Below the pieces are notes generated by a model. That model worked only from the letters and a program-made list of their open reading frames with translations, did no database searches and was not told where the DNA came from. The translations under genes and the position numbers were made by a program. From the IMG/VR virus record IMGVR_UViG_3300036943_000185: 31,371 nucleotides of DNA, one strand, 5' to 3'. The DNA is from a virus. This document shows positions 25,469 through 31,371 of the stretch, piece after piece. Position 1 is the first letter of the stretch, and every line of letters starts with the position of its first letter.

Positions 25469-25870
25469 ATGGTAACAAAAACTGAAGTATTGGATAGGCT
25501 CAATCATGTAACGGTTACAGACGATGGATTAGATTCTGATGATTTGGATGTGTTAGCATCCTTCATCAATAATTTATATCTGAATCAAAATACTGATAGT
25601 AGTACATGGGATATTGCAAGAGTATGTGTATCAATGCTTAACTTCCTTATGGTTAAGAACAAACGTTACGGTAACTCAGCGATAGAACCATTGAATGTGT
25701 TTAGTAAACTTGACGCAAACGAGCAGATTAATAATCGTATGGATGATAAGTTAATGAGAATTAAGAATAGCAGTATTGAGCGTAAAAATGATTACGTTGA
25801 CCTGTCTGGATATTTGCTGCTCAAATGTATAGCAAACGATTGGTTAGAATTTGATGACTTATTGGACTGA
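25469..25870 (+). CDS. Nucleotide modification-associated domain 1 (DUF1599/Nmad1-like, all-alpha NTP pyrophosphatase-like)
   Basis: KNKRYGNS...FS...INNRMDDKLMRI...NDYVDLSGYLLL. Confidence 0.65.
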   Translation: MVTKTEVLDRLNHVTVTDDGLDSDDLDVLASFINNLYLNQNTDSSTWDIARVCVSMLNFLMVKNKRYGNSAIEPLNVFSKLDANEQINNRMDDKLMRIKNSSIERKNDYVDLSGYLLLKCIANDWLEFDDLLD

Positions 25871-25876
25871 TTAAAC

Positions 25877-26032
25877 ATGTTTGAAAATAGTTGGATGATG
25901 TATACATTGGTTGATGATGAGTTTGTTGTTACATCGATAACTAAAAACATAGTGTTTAAACAAATATAGACACATGTCTTGATAAATAAATATTATGATG
26001 ATAGATTTGGTGAAGTAAGATGTCCATATTAA
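25877..26032 (+). CDS. Small protein with in-frame TAG at codon 31 (25967-25969)
   Basis: MFENSWMMYTL...VFKQI-TAG-THVLINKYYDDRFGEVRCPY-TAA; the extended form overlaps the next start (26020) like its neighbours. Confidence 0.5.
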
Positions 26033-26238
26033 GTATAGTTATGTGGATAGTAGTGTTTGGTAACATAATGGGTGCGTTAATGGTTGCTAAACACGATAGT
26101 ATGAAAGCCAATCAAATATGGTTTGTGACTAATCCAGTATTGATTGGTTACAATATTTATTTAGGTGCAATAGAACAAGCCGTAATGTTTTTAATATATT
26201 GGATACTATGTATACTTGGAATAAAGAGGATGATATAA
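26020..26238 (+). CDS. Small membrane protein, PnuC-like half-transporter pattern
   Basis: GALMVAK...IWFVTN...IGYNIYLG...LIYWILCILG. Confidence 0.5.
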   Translation: MSILSIVMWIVVFGNIMGALMVAKHDSMKANQIWFVTNPVLIGYNIYLGAIEQAVMFLIYWILCILGIKRMI

Positions 26239-26417
26239 TGAAAGATATGTATGTATTTAGATGTAATGAATGTGGTAAGACAATTGAATATTTTGGTGAT
26301 AACACTGGTGCTAAGAAAATGTGGCAAAGTCTAACTAAAAATGGATGTGAAGATTGTGATTGTCAACGCTTTTTAGTTAAAAAGCCAATATACGATTCAT
26401 CAGGTGATAGTAGATGA
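26199..26417 (+). CDS. Zn-ribbon protein
   Basis: FRCNECG...GCEDCDC; the true start is probably the internal ATG after GAGGA. Confidence 0.6.
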   Translation: MDTMYTWNKEDDIMKDMYVFRCNECGKTIEYFGDNTGAKKMWQSLTKNGCEDCDCQRFLVKKPIYDSSGDSR

Positions 26418-26617
26418 GTGAAAAGAAAACACGTAGAGTTGCTTGTGCTATATGTGGTGAACCAGTGGATGTACCGATAGAACTGTTTGAACATACTTTA
26501 AAAAGTGGTAGTAGACGTAAAGGTAAACGACATAAGTATGATAAGTTTTATTGTGAAACACATTTTGAAATGGGTATGAATAGAGATTTGGAGAATGAGA
26601 ATAATGAAGATAAATGA
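26414..26617 (+). CDS. Basic Zn-finger protein
   Basis: CAICGEP...FYCETH with an RRKGKRHK stretch. Confidence 0.65.
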   Translation: MSEKKTRRVACAICGEPVDVPIELFEHTLKSGSRRKGKRHKYDKFYCETHFEMGMNRDLENENNEDK

Positions 26618-27038
26618 AGATATGTTAGACGATGGTACTTTATATATAAAGAAAGAAGCAGATAAGATACCTTATATAAAACAGGGTGGTTATTTATGTA
26701 ACGTAACTGGTACTATATGTGCTATCGAAAGTAAAGATAAAATACTTGATATGTTTAATAACATTAGTTCAGTGAATAAACTGGATACTGATAAAATAAC
26801 TGAAAACAGTACATTCTTTGATTGGTTAAATAATCGGTATCCTGAACTTGTTGAACTTGAATATGAACTTGCATGTTTATATAACGTATCTGCTGATTCG
26901 ATAGCAAGCGATAGTGATATTGATAACTGGTATCTTGTAAGTGCTGATGATAAAGATTGGGAATTGTTATTAGCACATTACAATGGTAAAGTTAACTCAT
27001 GGTTTTTGATAGCACCTAATGTAGAGGATGATGAGTAA
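26595..27038 (+). CDS. Hypothetical protein
   Basis: 147-aa ORF. Confidence 0.7.
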   Translation: MRIMKINEDMLDDGTLYIKKEADKIPYIKQGGYLCNVTGTICAIESKDKILDMFNNISSVNKLDTDKITENSTFFDWLNNRYPELVELEYELACLYNVSADSIASDSDIDNWYLVSADDKDWELLLAHYNGKVNSWFLIAPNVEDDE

Positions 27039-27448
27039 TGGCTGACTACAATAAATCAAACAAAATGATGGTTAAGTATGCTGGATTAATCAGGGTTATC
27101 GCTGATGAAAACCTTGATTATGAAGATGTACTTTGGACATGTAAAGGCAAATGTTATGATGTTAAGAATCCTAAGAATAGTGCAACACCACATATGGTAT
27201 TTGGATTTCCTTCAGGTACTCTATGGTACATATGTACTAAATGTGGTGCAACCGTAATCTACGATAACGAAAGTGACATGAAAAAAGGTATGTTACCTAC
27301 ATGGTTAGAGATAGAAGCAAGGGATAAATATGATGATTTCGATAAGAGACTACGTAAAGCAATTAACAATTACAGAGCAGCGAATAGACGTGAAGTAAAA
27401 AAACATAATGAGAGGAAGAAGAATGCCAACAAAAAGACAGATGAGTGA
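27038..27448 (+). CDS. Zn-ribbon-containing protein
   Basis: CKGKC...ICTKCG, basic C-terminus. Confidence 0.65.
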   Translation: MADYNKSNKMMVKYAGLIRVIADENLDYEDVLWTCKGKCYDVKNPKNSATPHMVFGFPSGTLWYICTKCGATVIYDNESDMKKGMLPTWLEIEARDKYDDFDKRLRKAINNYRAANRREVKKHNERKKNANKKTDE

Positions 27449-27749
27449 TACTGAACTTAAGGTAATTGAAGACATACGTGAATACCAAGAGTTGCAAAAT
27501 TTTATATGGGGTGAACCATTTGATTATAGAAAGGCAGATGATTGGTTAGAATCTGTTAAACATATGTCAATGACAACACTATCATTTGCAGTAGCAGAAC
27601 AAATGAGACGTGAGGAAGAACAAGAGAAACATGATGAACTAAAGGGTGAACTTATGGATAACATGACAAAAATATTTAGTGGTAAGTTCATGACTTTAGA
27701 ACAGCGTAGATTAATGATGGATTCTCTTGCTATAATCGGAATGTTATGA
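27408..27749 (+). CDS. Helical hypothetical protein
   Basis: Track ORF; the real start is probably an internal ATG. Confidence 0.6.
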   Translation: MRGRRMPTKRQMSDTELKVIEDIREYQELQNFIWGEPFDYRKADDWLESVKHMSMTTLSFAVAEQMRREEEQEKHDELKGELMDNMTKIFSGKFMTLEQRRLMMDSLAIIGML

Positions 27750-27758
27750 GGTGATATT

Positions 27759-28595
27759 ATTAATGTGTTGAGTTTATTTGATGGAATATCATGTGGACAA
27801 GTTGCGTTAGAACGTGCTGGAATAGATGTGGATAATTACTTTGCATCTGAAATAGATAAACATGCTATAAAGGTGACACAATCAAATTATCCAGATACAA
27901 TACAATTGGGTGATGTTAGAGATATTGATTGTTCAGAGTTACCAAAAATAGATTTATTAATTGGCGGTAGTCCATGTCAAGGGTTTTCATATATCGGTAA
28001 ACATTTGAATTTTGAAGACCCTAAATCAAAATTATTTTTTGAGTATGCAAGAATATTAAACGAGTGCAACCCAACCTATTTCATGTTAGAGAATGTCAGA
28101 ATGAAAAAAGAATATATGGATGTGATAACAGAAACTATTGGTGTCGAACCAATTGAAATAAATTCATCACTTGTATCCGCACAGAGTAGACCAAGAATAT
28201 ATTGGACTAACATACCAAATGTTGAACAACCAACAGATTTAGGTATCAAACTCAATGATGTTTTGGAAGATAACCCAACCGATTGTTGGTTAACTGAATC
28301 ACATAAGAAGTGGTGGGATAAAAATAAAGATTATCAATTACAGAAATGTTATTCATCGTTGGATAAAGAAAAAGCAATATGTATGACAGCAAGACAGTAT
28401 GCATCATGGAATGGTAATTATATAAGTACAGATAATGGGATACGGAAATTGTCACCAATTGAATGTGAAAGACTACAAAATCTACCAGATGGTTACACAG
28501 ATATGGCAAGCACTACTCAGAGATATAAGATGTTAGGTAATGCATGGACAGTAGGTGTGATTGAGCATATATTTAAAAACATGGGGTGTATTTAA
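27759..28595 (+). CDS. C5-cytosine DNA methyltransferase
   Basis: Motifs I (VLSLFDGISCG), IV (GGSPCQGFS), VI (LENV), VIII (QSRPRIY) and IX-X (LSPIECERLQ, RYKMLGN). Start is ATT 27759 or GTG 27765. Confidence 0.92.
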   Translation: MNVLSLFDGISCGQVALERAGIDVDNYFASEIDKHAIKVTQSNYPDTIQLGDVRDIDCSELPKIDLLIGGSPCQGFSYIGKHLNFEDPKSKLFFEYARILNECNPTYFMLENVRMKKEYMDVITETIGVEPIEINSSLVSAQSRPRIYWTNIPNVEQPTDLGIKLNDVLEDNPTDCWLTESHKKWWDKNKDYQLQKCYSSLDKEKAICMTARQYASWNGNYISTDNGIRKLSPIECERLQNLPDGYTDMASTTQRYKMLGNAWTVGVIEHIFKNMGCI

Positions 28596-29086
28596 TGGAT
28601 ACACTTTTTATTTTTGATTTAGATGACACAATCGTTAGTCCAGACAGACAGAAGGATGCTTACTCAATGTATCTGAAACCAGTGCATAACGACATTAGCG
28701 TTATGATGTCACTGTTTAATGATATTAATACAGATAAGGTAATCGTTACAAATAGACATCCATTGTTACAGACACAGTTAGAACGTGAGTATGGTTGTCG
28801 TGTGTACTGTCGTGATTACTGCTTGACAATACAAGAGATGATGAATCACATAGGTGGTAGTAAATGGTTTTATCAAGAAATGGGTAGGTATAAAATAGAT
28901 ACTGTTAACAAACTTGCAAGAGATTATGATTATGTCATATTTTTTGATGACATGATGCATATATATGAACTTGAATATCTATTACCGAATGTATATATTA
29001 GATTACCATATCATCTACTTGAAAATGGACAATCTGAAATAGATGGTTTAATAGATACTTTAGTGAGGTGTAATTGTGATGGCTGA
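28586..29086 (+). CDS. HAD-superfamily phosphatase
   Basis: IFDLDDT (DxDxT), IVTNR, K and IFFDD motifs I-IV. Confidence 0.8.
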   Translation: MYLMDTLFIFDLDDTIVSPDRQKDAYSMYLKPVHNDISVMMSLFNDINTDKVIVTNRHPLLQTQLEREYGCRVYCRDYCLTIQEMMNHIGGSKWFYQEMGRYKIDTVNKLARDYDYVIFFDDMMHIYELEYLLPNVYIRLPYHLLENGQSEIDGLIDTLVRCNCDG

Positions 29087-29162
29087 ATTATACTTCATCT
29101 TTTTAACGTTAGGTATCTTTCTGTTTTTTGCTATACTTGCTATTAAACATAGATATTTCTGA
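29079..29162 (+). CDS. Tiny single-TM peptide (27 aa), last plus-strand ORF
   Basis: MAELYFIFLTLGIFLFFAILAIKHRYF; GAGGTG upstream. Confidence 0.4.
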   Translation: MAELYFIFLTLGIFLFFAILAIKHRYF

Positions 29163-29307
29163 AATATCCACACAGACGCTCACTGTGAAGACTTTGAGTG
29201 TCTACGTAACCTATACCATTCGTAAAGGGTAAAGTCCTCTTAGAATGGCTCTGTGTGGCTCTGAGAGGCATATACGCTTATGTTTACTATTGGTATTAAC
29301 GTATGCT

Positions 29308-29334
29308 CAAATTTCAGGCGACAGGTTTATATAG
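29308..29334 (+). promoter_or_regulatory. Promoter homologous to the tRNA promoter
   Basis: CAAATTTCAG-GCGACAGGTTTATATAG versus CAAATTTCAG-(10 nt)-GCGATAGGTTTAAATAG at 12841-12877. Confidence 0.55.
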
Positions 29335-29339
29335 AAATA

Positions 29340-29540
29340 GTGACAATAGGGTGGATGGGTGGGAATAAATAAGGTAATGTTAACGTAAGCATGGGAGAAG
29401 GCTTAGAATAGTTATCGTTAACATTACCATAAATTAGAACTATCTTAGTCCAGACAGCAGAACGATACCTTAAGACAATCATTTACTAATTATGAGTGTT
29501 CAAAAGGTGTCTTCGTTCTGTCTGGTCAAAGACAGATAAA
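29340..29540 (+). ncRNA. Candidate structured non-coding RNA or cis element
   Basis: No ORF; lies downstream of the 29308 promoter; hairpin 29373-29428 (13 bp + 5 bp) and hairpin 29450-29525. Confidence 0.3.
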
Positions 29541-29592
29541 CGTTATTATACACATTACTGAACGTTAATGTACATATATGTACACTAATCTA

Positions 29593-30168
29593 TCAGAAAT
29601 CTAATTTACTGTAAACTTTCCAGTTGTTAGGAAACTTAAATATACTATCGTTTTGTGGTTCTATTATATACACATCTTTATTTAAATCAACGAATATGTT
29701 GACAGCATGACCGCTTCCTTTTTCTGTTATAACGTATACTTCACCTGTACATAATTGACTATCCCATTTATCCAAATCACCTTTAAGTATCGTAGCAAAC
29801 GTGTTACAGTCATGCCATGTTGGTACATATTTACGTTTATTAACTGGATTTTTATACAACCATTGCTGTAAATGTTCTTTATTGACTAACTTAAACTTAC
29901 TGTCAGGAATTGTTGTTACACTCTTAACATTTTCACCAAGTTGTTCAACAAGTATTTGCTTAAGTTTGTCATTAGAAATTATGACATCTTCTTCTTGCTT
30001 TGGATAAGTTAACCATCTTAACAGTTCGTCATATTCTTCTATTACTTCGTTGTATCTATCAGTGATGTCACGATATTCTATGACACGTTTCTTGTAATGT
30101 TCTAAATCCTCAAATACTGTCGGATATAATATATATGCTAATTGCTTCTGGTATTCTTCTAAACTCAT
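29593..30168 (-). CDS. Papain/transglutaminase-like cysteine peptidase (agglutinin C-terminal-like domain) with N-terminal coiled coil
   Basis: HDCNTFA (Cys121), GHAVNIF (His154) and IIEPQND (Glu170); last gene of the minus-strand operon. Confidence 0.7.
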   Translation of the reverse strand: MSLEEYQKQLAYILYPTVFEDLEHYKKRVIEYRDITDRYNEVIEEYDELLRWLTYPKQEEDVIISNDKLKQILVEQLGENVKSVTTIPDSKFKLVNKEHLQQWLYKNPVNKRKYVPTWHDCNTFATILKGDLDKWDSQLCTGEVYVITEKGSGHAVNIFVDLNKDVYIIEPQNDSIFKFPNNWKVYSKLDF

Positions 30169-30181
30169 TGTATCACATTGT

Positions 30182-31370
30182 TTATATGTATGTTACAGCC
30201 ATCTGTAATTTTATATTAGCCCACGTTTTCTCATAATTAGACTTGTCGAACTCTACATCAGTGTTCCCTACATATAAAAATGAATCATTTGCATATGTTG
30301 ATTCGTTATCGAAATATAGAACCATGTTACCACTTATATCAACTATTTCTATACCGATAATATATCCACTATTCAACATCTGGCTTCCGGATATACCATT
30401 AACTTCAAGTTGACTATCATTTCCACCATATGTATAATGCCATTCAGATTTATAAATAGGCAAATATGTTGTACCATTATCTTGAAATATACATAACCTA
30501 TGATAAAAAGAATAATAGGTCGCAGTTCCCCTCCGTCCAACATTTATTTTATAACCAATTATGCTATTCATTGCTGACGTTGTTATAAAATTTTCATCTA
30601 TTATTGTACGGTTATAACTTGTGTAATCTGTATCATAAGGTGCATCACCATATACGTCACCAAATGATACATTATATAATTCAGTTATATTATCGCCTGT
30701 TATGGCTATTTTATTTGGTTCACTATAGGCAACAGTTGGGTAATAAATCCATGCATCTCGTGACCTATCACTATCATCTAATGTTATGTCACCATCAGTA
30801 CCTGGCACAAGACCTGTAAAATCATAGTAATCATACTGACATCGTTGTATACCCCAATTTGTTCCCGCACCTCTAACTGCTAAACCAACTACTTCACCAC
30901 CATTCACATTAATGTTTTCACTTGAAACATCTATTGTTTCAGTATTGTAGTTAGGAGATGATGTTGCTGATACATTATACCAATTGGTAGATTTTATATA
31001 TTTTAATTCTTTATCATTAGGGCTATCTACATCGTATAAATTCATTTTGACATCAAAGTTATAAGAATAAAATTTACTTAACGTAAAACTTTGTAATGTG
31101 CCTTTAGCAGGCATTCGTTGGTGTTTAGTTACAATAGTATAATCAAAACTTGATGATGTATGTGCTGTTGGAAGACTTGATGCACCCAATGCACCAACAG
31201 ATTGTTGCCCTGAACGTAATTCAAAGTTATAAGACTTACCATCAGGGAATGCATCTGATTCACTTGCGTATATTCCTTCATCAATGTTGACGAATTGCCC
31301 ATCGCTGACTTCGGAAACACCTTTTGTAATTGTTCTGTATGCATCATCCCAATAAGTACCGAAATTACTA
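30182..31370 (-). CDS. Tail fibre / adhesin-like protein (partial; N-terminus beyond window end)
   Basis: The frame is open from 31370 to the stop at 30182 (upstream part CNFGTYWDDAYRTITKGVSEVSDGQFVNIDEGIYASE, beta-helix/adhesin-like), so the track start at 31189 is not the real start. Y/S/T/N-rich beta domains follow. Confidence 0.6.
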   Translation of the reverse strand, partial: SNFGTYWDDAYRTITKGVSEVSDGQFVNIDEGIYASESDAFPDGKSYNFELRSGQQSVGALGASSLPTAHTSSSFDYTIVTKHQRMPAKGTLQSFTLSKFYSYNFDVKMNLYDVDSPNDKELKYIKSTNWYNVSATSSPNYNTETIDVSSENINVNGGEVVGLAVRGAGTNWGIQRCQYDYYDFTGLVPGTDGDITLDDSDRSRDAWIYYPTVAYSEPNKIAITGDNITELYNVSFGDVYGDAPYDTDYTSYNRTIIDENFITTSAMNSIIGYKINVGRRGTATYYSFYHRLCIFQDNGTTYLPIYKSEWHYTYGGNDSQLEVNGISGSQMLNSGYIIGIEIVDISGNMVLYFDNESTYANDSFLYVGNTDVEFDKSNYEKTWANIKLQMAVTYI

Positions 31371-31371
31371 T

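Noticed and set aside
4690-26032. Genome-wide TAG=Gln recoding (code 15)
   Set aside because: Only five in-frame TAGs in about 27 kb of coding sequence, whereas recoded phages use TAG abundantly. Gln is coded normally by CAA/CAG, and no suppressor tRNA is seen.
2221-28509. Many minus-strand ORFs of 60-170 aa in the ORF track across the plus-strand arm
   Set aside because: They are antisense shadows of well-supported plus-strand genes, lack RBSs and have I/S/L/F-biased low-information sequence.
655-29592. Virus-encoded tRNA-Pyl or pyl genes
   Set aside because: No cloverleaf with a CUA anticodon and no PylS/PylBCD-like ORF found by eye in the intergenic or coding regions.
1-31371. CRISPR array or transposase
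   Set aside because: No regularly spaced 25-40 bp repeats with unique spacers, and no transposase or integrase motifs seen.

Overview
This window is about 31 kb of an AT-rich tailed (Caudoviricetes-like) virus genome. The host is most likely an archaeon: genes have GAGGTGA-type RBSs, BRE/TATA promoters and oligo-T terminators, and the window encodes a fused PriS-PriL primase, Hjc-like nucleases, an archaeal-type ThyA and a tRNA without CCA. A pyrrolysine-using Methanosarcinales methanogen is my best guess (inference). The window holds an entire plus-strand early/replication arm (2354-29162). This arm is flanked by what look like the start (terminase small subunit-like gene, <1-654, minus) and end (tail fibre/adhesin and Cys peptidase, 29593->31371, minus) of a late operon. 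The arm encodes a complete ubiquitin-like conjugation cassette (Ubl with masked GG, E2 with an 8-Cys domain, JAMM protease, E1), an Rnl2-type RNA ligase and tRNA-Leu(UAA). It also encodes an MCM-like ATPase, a primase, two Hjc paralogs, an HD hydrolase, a ThyA-family enzyme, dUTPase, class II RNR, a Nmad1-like protein, a C5 methyltransferase and a HAD phosphatase. Two signals stand out. (1) The virus carries a Ubl-E2-JAB-E1 system. (2) Five in-frame TAG codons all continue in frame, one of them splitting the primase Fe-S domain, while no called gene clearly terminates at TAG; this points to amber (probably pyrrolysine) readthrough in viral genes. Further signals are a dCMP-type Asp in the ThyA homolog, several shared intergenic repeat and hairpin elements, and apparent GATC avoidance. 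All functional calls come from motif recognition by eye; no searches were run.
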